Source of the DNA: Candidatus Parcubacteria bacterium
GTDB lineage: Bacteria; Patescibacteriota; Minisyncoccia; UBA6257; JAGOQP01
DNA: 64,000 nucleotides
Reading direction: 5' to 3'
Assembly: GCA_025999395.1 (NCBI GenBank)
Contig: AP024682.1
Span: 301,638-365,637 of the forward strand
In this document: positions 52,429 to 61,681 of the stretch, piece after piece
How the letters are laid out: every line of letters starts with the position of its first letter
Numbering within the stretch: the first letter of the stretch is position 1
The notes under the pieces: generated by a model
Told to the model about the DNA's origin: nothing
Databases searched by the model: none
The model's input: the letters and a program-made list of their open reading frames with translations, nothing else
Program-made: the position numbers and the translations under genes

Positions 52429-53834
52429 GTTGGAAAAAGAAGGTTGCTGGCTCGCCCTCTGCGAGGGCTCGCCAGCCGATTTTAGGCGCAAAATTGAATT
52501 TTTTGTCTTTCAAAATAAAGTTCGAGCCGACATTTTTTAGAAATTCCCGGATTTGATAATTGTCGCCCTGCGACAATAGAATTTTGGCTTGTTTCTGCCT
52601 CAAAAATCATTTCTTTCATCGGTTCGAGCCAATTATTTCCCGATTGTTCAAAATCTCTGATTTTCTGCTCAATATCCAGTTTTTCGTTGAGCAGTTTTTG
52701 TTTCTTGGCTTGGTATTCTCCAAGTGTCAAAGCTCCTGCCGGCGATATAGAGGTCTAACAGTTTTTCAATTTTCTGCTCAACTCTCTGCCTTTTGCTCGC
52801 TGGAGATTTTGAACAATAATTTCGCTTTCTCTTTTCAGCTTGCTCTTTTTCTTTGTCTAACTCCAAAATCATATTTTCCGCCCACTCATCAGGCAAAGAA
52901 ACCTTTTTGAATAAAATCTCTTCATCTGCTCAACAAGGTTTTCTTCCCTTAAATACCTTTCATCGCATTTTTGCTTTTTCTTGGTGCACCGGTAGTAGTT
53001 ATGCCCTTTTTGCTTTTCAGCGGTTATCATACAGCCGCAATTTCCGCAACGCATAAAGCCGGAAAAAGCAAATTCATGCTTTCTTTTTCTCTTTTTCTTG
53101 CCTCGGTTATTCATTACTTGCTGGACAGAATCAAAAAGTTTCTTGGAAATAATTGGCTCGTGAGCTTCCCTGATAAACTTCTCCGTTAAACTTAAAAACT
53201 CCGTAGTAGAAATGATTTTTGAGCATTCGCTGGACACAGGAAACAGAGAGCGGTTTGTTGCGGTAGCTTGTTATTCCGCTGTCCGCCAAAAACTGCTTTA
53301 TGGCTTTTAGGGTATAGTCGCCGGTGGCGTAAAGCTCAAACGCTTTTCTGATAAACGGTGCTTTGCCTTTGTCCAAATCTATTTCTTTTGTCATGGTGAT
53401 TATTAAGATAGCCAAGCGGAGCAAAGCCTGGCCAAATTCCTTTTCGCAGTTTTTAGCGGTGTCCTCGCTTGATGTTTTCTGAAAGGTTGTCAACATAATA
53501 CTTGCTTTGCCCAAAAGCGATGGAGAGCATAAATTTTCCCTGCGGCGTGTTTTCAAACCTGAAAGTCGGAAATTTCAAATCTAAAATTTTTCCTGTGTCC
53601 AGCAGATAAATGATTTTCCCGCCGTCAACAGAATTTCTTGCTAACCTGTCCGGGTGCCAAGCCAAAATTCCGCTGGCTTCGCCGAGCGCAAATCCGGTCT
53701 AACATTTCTCCGAAAACTTTTCGGCCAGGTTCCTTGGCGGCAAATTCTTTTAGCTCAGCAAGCTGAGCTTCAATAGACAAAACCTGCTTTTCTTCTGAAT
53801 CTGTTGATTTTCTGCAATAGATAAAGTATTTCAT
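52424..53834 (-). pseudogene. Large serine recombinase A, fragmented; its 3' end reads into tRNA-Ser
   Basis: YCRKS, WHPDRLARNSVDGG, NHFYYG, CGNCG zinc ribbon and ..NWRRGWDSNPR tail spread over several frames. Confidence 0.88.
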
Positions 53835-53893
53835 AATCCCTCTTTGGTTAAAAATTTAGAAAAGCCCGCTTCTGGCGTCCCGCTTTGCGGAAC

Positions 53894-53979
53894 AAAGACA
53901 AAAAATTCAATTTTGCGCCTAAAATCGGCTGGCGAGCCCTCGCAGAGGGCGAGCCAGCAACCTCTTTTTCTGACTGGCG
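53894..53979 (+). repeat. Inverted copy of 52424..52510 (recombinase A 3' end, att arm)
   Basis: 86/87 bp with 2 mismatches and 1 indel by manual alignment. Confidence 0.92.
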
Positions 53980-54088
53980 ATGTGTATTGGAAAAAATCCG
54001 AACTGATTTTATTAACGGGCTCGGCTGGCGGAAGGCAAAGACCGACCCCACTTTCCGCCCGCCTCGCCCTGAACCGGAAGCGAAAAGG
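53975..54088 (+). repeat. Imperfect inverted repeat of 55929..56043, bracketing cargo 1
   Basis: TGGCG.TGTG.ATT.GAAAAAATCCGAAC.GATTT ... TTCCGCCCGCCTCGCCCTGAA.CGGAAGCGAAAAGG in both copies. Confidence 0.85.
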
Positions 54089-54231
54089 CAAACCGCCAAA
54101 GAACCTGAAAAAATGTCGGCTCGAACTTTATTTTAGTCAGAAGCGGGCTTTTCTTTACTGAATTGAAATTTTTTGATATCATATATTTGAAATCACCCTT
54201 TATGGTTTAATGATATCAAAGTTTTGAAACT

Positions 54232-54429
54232 ATGGCAACAATAGGCGAAAATATCAAAAAATACCGCAACAAACTTGGCTTAACGCAGGACGATTTGGTG
54301 AGAAAGTCTGGTGTAAAACACACTACCCTTACCAAAATAGAGGGCGATTTTGTTAAAAAACCGAGCGTTCAAATTATGGCCAAAATTGCCAAAGCATTAG
54401 GCGTTTCGGTTGAGGATTTATTGAAATAA
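54232..54429 (+). CDS. XRE family HTH regulator
   Basis: IGENIKKYRNKLGLTQ..L...LTKIE...PS..KIAKALGV. Confidence 0.92.
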   Translation: MATIGENIKKYRNKLGLTQDDLVRKSGVKHTTLTKIEGDFVKKPSVQIMAKIAKALGVSVEDLLK

Positions 54430-54430
54430 T

Positions 54431-54793
54431 ATGGAACTGATTTTTCATGAAATTTTTAGAGCACTTGGCTACCTGTTAATCGCAGGTGTTGTGTTGTTTG
54501 CTTGGAAGACAGCACGCGACAACTCAAAAGACGGAAAACTTAAAGAAGTTTTATGGAAAGGACTTTTGTGGTGTGCTGGGATTGCTTTATTCGCGAGCTT
54601 CACTTTAGGAAATCCCTCTTGTATAGAACAATCTGATCCAGTATATGGCGGTTGCGAACAATATGCTGATGATGGTTTTGAGCCAACCACCGAACAAAGA
54701 GTCGCAAATTTTGCTTACTTCATGACGCTGTTATATATTCCTGTCGTTTTTGGTGCTTTCAGTGGTAATAAATTAACAACGAACAAAGAATAA
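54431..54793 (+). CDS. Hypothetical membrane protein
   Basis: Three TM helices and a C..C loop. Confidence 0.7.
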   Translation: MELIFHEIFRALGYLLIAGVVLFAWKTARDNSKDGKLKEVLWKGLLWCAGIALFASFTLGNPSCIEQSDPVYGGCEQYADDGFEPTTEQRVANFAYFMTLLYIPVVFGAFSGNKLTTNKE

Positions 54794-54794
54794 T

Positions 54795-55505
54795 ATGGAA
54801 ATATTTCGTTTTATATTTTCAATTATTTTCGCCCCAATCAGATGGTTGGCAAATTTATTTACTCAACGAAAGGACAACATTTTAGAGTGGCATTTTAATT
54901 ATGGCCCCTCGTTTATAAAAATTGAAACAAAATACAAAGAGCAATTTTTACCCGATGACTTATTGATCGCTGGTTATATCCTATTTTTAGCCCGATATTT
55001 TTTCATCTGCGATGATAGACAAATAGAGGTTGTTAGAAAGTTTCTTTTAAACGAAATCGAAAAATCAAAATCTAATGAGATTACACTAAAGTTGTATGAG
55101 GCCGTTTTTCAAACCTTAAATCAAATGGAAAAAGATGCAACGCTTGGCTTATTCAAAATCTATAATAGATTTTTACCAATGCCACCCCTAACTTTTTCAG
55201 AAGATGAAGAACCGCGTCATTCGTTGGCAAAATATAGTTTCTTAGTTTTTGAGCGTTCCGGCGGCAATGGCTTTGGTCATATCTTCTATATGTCTGCCGG
55301 ACCCGATATTATTTTGCTTCCGCTTACGGTCGGAATTCTATACGAATATGTAGTGAACAAATTGCGAAACAAGGATAAAAAAGAAAAACTAGATAATTCA
55401 ATCATTGATTTATTAAAAGGCCATTCAGCAGTAGATTGTCGCTCTATAGCAGGTCAAACAGAATTGCCAAATGAGGTTATTATTAAAAATAATTTAAACT
55501 ACTAA
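54795..55505 (+). CDS. Hypothetical protein
   Basis: 236-aa ORF in a tightly coupled operon. Confidence 0.7.
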   Translation: MEIFRFIFSIIFAPIRWLANLFTQRKDNILEWHFNYGPSFIKIETKYKEQFLPDDLLIAGYILFLARYFFICDDRQIEVVRKFLLNEIEKSKSNEITLKLYEAVFQTLNQMEKDATLGLFKIYNRFLPMPPLTFSEDEEPRHSLAKYSFLVFERSGGNGFGHIFYMSAGPDIILLPLTVGILYEYVVNKLRNKDKKEKLDNSIIDLLKGHSAVDCRSIAGQTELPNEVIIKNNLNY

Positions 55506-55506
55506 T

Positions 55507-55854
55507 ATGGGAATTGTAATTTTTATTATCGGTTTAGTTTTCGGGCTTTTCGCATTTAGCCAAATTATTTATCCGCTTTTCTCGGCTTGGCCTAGAGCGA
55601 AAAAATTAGAGCGCGAAGGAAAATTGAAAAGACCAATTCCGATTTCTACATTTCTAATTGCACCAATTATTTGGGGCGTCCTTATGTGGGCTTCTGTTTT
55701 GGTCATCGGAAAATTTTGGCCTGAAAACTTAAACACTTATTACATAAGTTTGGTGATAATTTTGTTTGTGGTAATTATTCAGATTCCAAAGCAAAACCGA
55801 GATTTAGAAGCGGATTTCAAAGATTCTTGGAAACAGTATTTGAAAGAAGAATAA
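55507..55854 (+). CDS. Hypothetical membrane protein
   Basis: Three TM helices. Confidence 0.7.
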   Translation: MGIVIFIIGLVFGLFAFSQIIYPLFSAWPRAKKLEREGKLKRPIPISTFLIAPIIWGVLMWASVLVIGKFWPENLNTYYISLVIILFVVIIQIPKQNRDLEADFKDSWKQYLKEE

Positions 55855-55944
55855 AAGAATTTGTCGCCAAAGAACAAAATCTGTAAGATTTTGTTAGTGG
55901 GCTACGCCCGCGAAAAACTTGAAATCGTCCTTTTCGCTTCCGCT

Positions 55945-57537
55945 TCAGGGCGAGGCGGGCGGAAGGGGGGTTCGGGGGGAATTCCGCCCGCCGAGCCAAT
56001 CGGTCGCGAAATCGGTTCGGATTTTTTCAAATGCACACCGCCAATATTCAATTTCAGAGTTTTTGAAGGTTCTTGCCTCGCCCTCGCTTCGCTCGGGCTC
56101 GGCAAAAGCAACGATTTTATACGGATTTTTGAAATCAAAAAACAATTTCTGCCCGCTCAAAAGAAAGTTCGAACCAATCTTTTTTAGAAAATCCCGGCTT
56201 TGCTCAGGATTTTCTTGCAAAGTGACAATTTCGGCTTGTTTTACGGAGTTTATGAATTTGGCGGCGAGTTCGAACCGATTATTGCCTTTTTGCTCAAAAG
56301 CCTTCAGTTTGTCTTTCAAAAGTTGTTTTTGATTGACGAGTTTGTTTTTGGCCTCTCTGTATTCATCCAAAGACAAAGCGTTTTCAAGATAAGCGTTCAT
56401 CAGCTTGTCTAACTTTTCGTCAATTGCTTTTATTTCGTTTTCTATCTTTTGAGCAAAAAAGCACGATGATTGGGCTTTTTGTTCTTTTTCTTTTTCAAGT
56501 TCTTTTATCATCCAATCAGCCCAATCATCGGGCAAAGAAACTTTTTGAATCTCCTTTTTGATTTGCTCGGCGATTATTTCTTCGCGAACATATCTTTGAG
56601 AACAAGGGATTTTCCTTTTGGTGCAACGCAAATAATTGTGTCCTTTCTGTGTCTCGGTGGTGATAAAGCAACCGCATTTTCCGCAACGGAACATTCCTCT
56701 GTAAATGTATGGCTTTAATTCTCTTGTCTTTGGTTTGCTTTTTTGTCTCATCACTTCCTGAACTTGGTCAAAAAGTTTCTTTGCGATAATCGGTTCGTGC
56801 TTTCCTTCGTAATATTCGCCGTTGTATCTCATCACTCCGTAGTAAAAAGGATTTTGAAGAAGGTATTGATAATTTGAAACAGAAAGTAATTTACCTTTTC
56901 TTCCTCTCAATCCCAGATTGTTGACAATCTTTCGGATCTCTTTAAGAGCGTATTTGCCGGTGGCGTAAAGCTTAAAGGCTTTTTTGATAAGAGGAGCTTT
57001 TTCTTTGTCTATATAGATTTGTTTTGTCTTGGGGTCGTTGAAGTAGCCAAGAGGCGCCATTTGAGGCCATAGACCTTGTTTTAGTTTTTGGCGATGTCCC
57101 CGCTTTATATTTTCCGAAAGATTGTCAATATAGTATTTTGACTGCCCAAAAGCGATAGACAACATAAACTTTCCTTGAGGCGTGTTTTCAAACCAAAAAG
57201 TCGGGAATTTTAGCTCTTTGATTACTCCGGTATCAACAAGGTAAATTATTTGTCCGCCGTCAACAGAATTACGAGCGAGACGGTCAGGATGCCAAGCCAA
57301 AATCCCTTCTGCTTCGCCCGCTTCAATTCTCTTTAGCATTTCTGCAAAAACAGGTCTTCCCGGCTTCTTGGCAGTTTGTTTTTCAACGAGAACATCAACG
57401 ATTTCCAGATTTTCTTTTTTCGCTAATTCTTTGAGTTCCGCTATTTGGTCCTGAATACTCCTTACTTGCCGATCTTCTGAATCGGTTGATTTTCGGGCGT
57501 AGATGAAAAATTTTCTTGTTTTGTTGTCTTTTTTCAT
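55945..57537 (-). CDS. Large serine recombinase B (intact)
   Basis: YARKS catalytic Ser, DRLARN, NPFYYG recombinase domain, CGKCG..YLRC..C zinc ribbon, coiled coil; likely ATG at 57537. Confidence 0.95.
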   Translation of the reverse strand: MKKDNKTRKFFIYARKSTDSEDRQVRSIQDQIAELKELAKKENLEIVDVLVEKQTAKKPGRPVFAEMLKRIEAGEAEGILAWHPDRLARNSVDGGQIIYLVDTGVIKELKFPTFWFENTPQGKFMLSIAFGQSKYYIDNLSENIKRGHRQKLKQGLWPQMAPLGYFNDPKTKQIYIDKEKAPLIKKAFKLYATGKYALKEIRKIVNNLGLRGRKGKLLSVSNYQYLLQNPFYYGVMRYNGEYYEGKHEPIIAKKLFDQVQEVMRQKSKPKTRELKPYIYRGMFRCGKCGCFITTETQKGHNYLRCTKRKIPCSQRYVREEIIAEQIKKEIQKVSLPDDWADWMIKELEKEKEQKAQSSCFFAQKIENEIKAIDEKLDKLMNAYLENALSLDEYREAKNKLVNQKQLLKDKLKAFEQKGNNRFELAAKFINSVKQAEIVTLQENPEQSRDFLKKIGSNFLLSGQKLFFDFKNPYKIVAFAEPERSEGEARTFKNSEIEYWRCAFEKIRTDFATDWLGGRNSPRTPLPPASP

Positions 57538-57692
57538 AATCGCTTTTGGACAGTTAGTCCCGCTTCGCGGGACAAATTGCCGCTTTGCGTTCCGCCAAAG
57601 GCGGAACAAAAAAGATTGGTTAACCCCGCCCTTTTAACAGGAAGGGCGGGGTGTTCGCCTTCGGCGAACCGAACCTCCAAATTCTGGAGCAA

Positions 57693-57806
57693 AAATTGTT
57701 TTTTGATTTCAAAAATCCCTATAAAATCGTGGTTTCTGCCGAGCCCGAGCGAAGCGAGGGCGAGGCAAGAACCTTCAAAAACTCTGAAATTGAATATTGG
57801 CGGTGT
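57693..57806 (+). repeat. Inverted copy of 56035..56148 (recombinase B 3' end, att arm)
   Basis: 114 bp with 4 mismatches by manual alignment. Confidence 0.93.
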
Positions 57807-58091
57807 CTTTTGGACAAAATTCGAACCTATTTTGAACAAAATCCTGATGCCGACTTCTGATTGTCGCCCTGCGGGCGACAATCCCGCCCCGCGTTTCCGC
57901 ACGGCGTCCGCTTCGTTTCCGCCGAACAAAACAGAAAAATTTTCTAAACATTTATTTAATCGCGCCCCCGACAAAATTTTTTCTATTAAGGAAAAGAAAA
58001 TTTTTCTGTTTTGACATTCTACTAACGCAGAATTGCGGAAACGCTTCCCACCCCCAGTCCCGCTTCGCGGGACAGCAGGCGGGCTATGGTA
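57800..58091 (+). repeat. Left copy of 292-bp inverted repeat
   Basis: Reverse complement of 62758..63049; no mismatch seen. Confidence 0.95.
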
Positions 58092-58161
58092 TTTTTTATA
58101 TTCGCCCTTGCCCCACCCGTACCGTGCGCGGGCGGTAGAGTAAAACTCCCTAAAAATAATC

Positions 58162-58195
58162 ATAACCTATTTTGGGATATTCTACAATAGGTTAT
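58162..58195. promoter_or_regulatory. Palindromic operator candidate upstream of the HTH gene
   Basis: ATAACCTATT-N14-AATAGGTTAT. Confidence 0.5.
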
Positions 58196-58212
58196 ACCAT
58201 AAAAATAAAGAT

Positions 58213-58434
58213 ATGCCAAAGTCAATTTATACAAAAGAGTATAAGAAGATCCTCGCACGGCTTAAAAAAGCCAGGCAGGATGCTGGCTTAAAACAGACAG
58301 AGGTCGCCAAAAAGTTAAATAGGCCTCAGTCTTATATTTCAAAAATAGAAAGAGGAGAAAGAAGAATTGATGTAGCAGAACTAAAAGAGTTAGCAAAGAT
58401 TTATAAAAAAGACATAAATTATTTTATTGAATAA
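58213..58434 (+). CDS. XRE HTH, controller (C)-protein-like
   Basis: LKKARQDAGLKQ.EVA..L.RPQSYISKIERGERRIDV; directly upstream of a putative REase. Confidence 0.9.
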   Translation: MPKSIYTKEYKKILARLKKARQDAGLKQTEVAKKLNRPQSYISKIERGERRIDVAELKELAKIYKKDINYFIE

Positions 58435-58451
58435 AAATTAAATCACACAAT

Positions 58452-59426
58452 ATGGGTAAGTATGAAAGAGAACAAATCGAAGAGGCTGAGAAAATAATTG
58501 TTAAGATTATTAATTCTCAGAAGGTGTCCGATTTAGATAAACAAAATCGGTGGTTTAAACATGCGATCGCTATTGCTGAAAGAATTAAAAAGGATTTTCC
58601 CAATATTAAAAAAGCACAACATTTAGGTAATCGTTATGATAATACGGGAGATATATTATTAATTACCTCTGATAAAAGAGAAATTTTTATTGAAGTTAAA
58701 ATGAGCGACACAAGATTAGGTGTGGGGACTAAAGCAAATGTCAGTCAAGATGCGCTTACAGAAAATTATCTTTTTGTGGGCAAAGTTAAAAGTTGGAGTA
58801 AATTTCGCAAGGAGAAAAAACATAATGAGTGGGTTGATAGTTATTTAGACCTTTTTACTAGATATCCAAAAAAGATTTTAAATATCTCAAATTCCATAAT
58901 TAGAAGAGAGGAGAAAGCAAGGTATTTAAGAGGTTTAAAACAAAAAGGAAGTAGAAAAGCCAAAGAAATTCTCGATAAAATTCACGAGAGAGATAAAAAA
59001 GAAAAAATAGAATATTTGGTTTATCTTAGCAAACAACCGCAAAGAGAAGAAATGATTAAAAGATTTTTTATTTTAATTACATTAGGTATCCATAAAAAAG
59101 AAGAATTACAGGCTCTAATAAAAAAAGATAATTTTTTTCAAGAAATTCAAGATCTTTTGGTGTATTATGGGAATTCTTACAATGATAAAATTATTGTAAG
59201 GCAAGAAAACGCAGGTGAGAAAATTAAAAAAGTTCTCGAAGAGTTTTCAGGTTTTAAAATTATCTTTCCTTCCGGAACTACCCACTGTAAATTAGTAGGA
59301 ATAAAGGGAAAGAAAAATATACCTTTATTACAAATAGTTTTACATTGGAAAAATATTGCTCAAGGAATTAAAACTCCGTGCCTTAATATTTTTGATCTAA
59401 CTCCAAAATTTATTAATCCTTATTAA
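58452..59426 (+). CDS. Putative type II restriction endonuclease (PD-(D/E)XK)
   Basis: TGDILL...FIEVKMS motif; convergent with and overlapping the MTase gene. Confidence 0.65.
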   Translation: MGKYEREQIEEAEKIIVKIINSQKVSDLDKQNRWFKHAIAIAERIKKDFPNIKKAQHLGNRYDNTGDILLITSDKREIFIEVKMSDTRLGVGTKANVSQDALTENYLFVGKVKSWSKFRKEKKHNEWVDSYLDLFTRYPKKILNISNSIIRREEKARYLRGLKQKGSRKAKEILDKIHERDKKEKIEYLVYLSKQPQREEMIKRFFILITLGIHKKEELQALIKKDNFFQEIQDLLVYYGNSYNDKIIVRQENAGEKIKKVLEEFSGFKIIFPSGTTHCKLVGIKGKKNIPLLQIVLHWKNIAQGIKTPCLNIFDLTPKFINPY

Positions 59427-61265
59427 TTTGGGTCAATTGGGAATAATTTCTCTAGCTCAGTTTTAGAGATCTGCGTATTTCCTGTAATACTTCTTACCAC
59501 TTTCAATTTCTCTTCCGAGGAAAGCTGTTTAGCAATATCCTTAAGAGTTAAGTTTGTTTTTGGTAAATTTTTTCCGAAATCCATCTTAAGTTGTTCCTGT
59601 TTAGAGGGAGGAAAAATAACATTGACATGGTTTTCAGCAATAAACTTCATTCCCGAAGGGATAACAGCTGCTTTTAGTGTCGCTGTTTTCACTGAACCTG
59701 TGATTCTATTTACAACAATAGCAGGGCCAATATCAAAATCTTTTCTTTTTACATATTGAGGTTTTGTTTTATCTATAATTGGAAATTTTAGTCCTGTTGG
59801 AGTTATATTATGGGCCCATATTAAAGGGATTCCTTCTTCCGGGTTGTTTGTCAATAAATGCTTATTTTGGTTCCAGACTAATCTGCCAGTTTTTACCTCA
59901 TATCCGAGATCATATAGTGTTAATTTATTTTCGAAGGCTTTTTCTAGAAATTTTGGATTTTCGCTAAATATTAAAATTCCATTTTTTTTGAATAAATAGT
60001 TTCCCTTGTTTCTACCTTTTTTAAGGATAATTAGCATTGTTGATTGTAGCGCCCCGTGGAATATTTTAGGGTCATCTAGAATATGTAAATATTCAATATT
60101 GGAATTCTCTACAATAAATTTTCTTAGTTTTAAAAAGTATGCTCCGTTATTCATAGAAGGGGGAACAACATAAGCTAAATATCCTCCTTCTTTTAACCAT
60201 TTTAATCCCTGACAAATGAACAGGCTAAATATGTTTAATCTACCGTTTATAATACTCCCGAATTTTTTTCTTATATTTTCTGGAGGAGTAAATTCAAAAT
60301 AAGGCGGATTACCAATTACAAAGTCATATTTACCATAATCTTCGTTTAAAAGAGCATCTAGCTGTTTGAGTTTTGCTTCAGGAACTACTTCTTTAGCGAT
60401 CTTTACTAGTTTTTTGTCTATATCCCATCCATAAAGTTGAGGGTTTTTGAAATATTTTTTTGCTGTGATTAAAAATTCTCCTGTTCCACAAGCAGGATCT
60501 AGTATTTTTGGGTTTTTAATGTTGGTTGGTAATTTACTAAGGAGTGCTTCTCTTATTGATCTTGGGGTAAAATATTGCCCTAAAGATTTTCTATATTCTA
60601 TATCTGTTTCTTCCATATACCTAATTGTAGCCTCGGTGAATTCCTCTTTTTCTTTTATTTTTTCTTTTAACTCGCCAAAACTTCTAATTACACTTATTAC
60701 TTTTCCTTGAATTATTAATTCTTTTGTAAAAATCGGTTTTATTTTTGGATTTGCTGGTTGAAGCCGGAAACCATTTTTTTCTCTATAAATCTTTTTGAGT
60801 GTAACTTCATTATCATTTATTAGAGCCACTACCGTTTCTCCATTTTCAGCAATTGGTTGTTTCCTAATTATTACGATATCTCCATCGTAAATTCCTTCGT
60901 CAATCATGCTATCTCCTTGAACCCTTAAAGCGTAATGTTCGCCTGATTTAGATAATTGTGATTTGGGAACCTCAATCATTTCAGGATCTTCTATTGCTTC
61001 AATTGGTTGACCAGCAGCAATAGTGCCAAGTAGTGGAATTTCTACTGTCTCTTTCTTTTCTCCCACTATTTCAATAGACCTGGGTTCGTTTTTTTTCTCT
61101 TTTGATATATCCTTCTTTTTCGAGTCTTAAGAGATGATGATGAATAGTGGATACTGAAGAAAGTCGAAAATGTTTTTTAATTTCTTCTATAGAGGGAGCG
61201 TAACCTCTTTTTTCTTTGAAGGACTTTATAAAATCTAAGACTTGTTTTTGCCGTTTTGTAATCAT
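59423..61265 (-). CDS. LexA repressor fused to an N6-adenine DNA methyltransferase, one frameshift in an A8 run
   Basis: ITKRQKQVLDFI..GYAPSIEEI..F.LSSVST DNA-binding domain; IAAG, GDSM and VTLKK peptidase motifs; GQYFTP, DPACGTG and GNPPY MTase motifs. Confidence 0.88.
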
Positions 61266-61269
61266 AGTA

Positions 61270-61330
61270 TTGACTTTCTATTTATTTTCGATTATACTTT
61301 AAATATAAACAAGACATCTAAAAAAGTCAA
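61270..61330. promoter_or_regulatory. Overlapping divergent sigma70 promoters
   Basis: Plus strand TTGACT(61270)-N17-TATACT; minus strand TTGACT(61330)-N17-TATATT. Confidence 0.65.
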
Positions 61331-61356
61331 TCAGTCTAATTAATTTATACCCAACC

Positions 61357-61656
61357 ATGGCTACATCAAAACACGATGAAATTGCAAAAAAACTTGCCAA
61401 AAAATTCGGCACAGAATATAAATCTAATGAGGGCATAGATATTGTACTGCCTGATCGCGTTATAGAAGTTGAGACTAAAAAAGACGGAATACGCCAAGGT
61501 ATAAATCAAGTGATAAGATCGTCTAAAGCCAGATATATAGCTGTTAACAAAAAGAATGTACAAAATGCTCTTGACGCCACACAAGGCACCGGAATTGGAG
61601 TAATGAGTGAAACGGGCCATATTATAAAACGCGCCAGCAGAAGCAGGAAGAAGTAA
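61357..61656 (+). CDS. Small PD-(D/E)XK-like protein
   Basis: KH....LA, GIDIV..RVIEVET..GINQ pattern. Confidence 0.55.
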   Translation: MATSKHDEIAKKLAKKFGTEYKSNEGIDIVLPDRVIEVETKKDGIRQGINQVIRSSKARYIAVNKKNVQNALDATQGTGIGVMSETGHIIKRASRSRKK

Positions 61657-61681
61657 AAATAAAAGATTTCTAGAAAGTTAT

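Larger units (their letters stand above)
52424..56043. mobile_element. Serine-recombinase element A at tRNA-Ser (recombinase A, inverted att copy, four-gene cargo)
   Basis: Starts at tRNA CGCCA and ends at CCGCCA 56038-56043; visibly more GC-rich than the host; recombinase present. Confidence 0.75.

Noticed and set aside
53831-54161. Stack of overlapping ORFs on both strands
   Set aside because: By-product of GC-rich att repeat DNA; only the recombinase-tail frame is meaningful.
57534-58163. 209-aa and 145-aa ORFs, and their mirror ORFs at 62835..63212
   Set aside because: They span hairpin-rich inverted repeats and carry no protein motifs.
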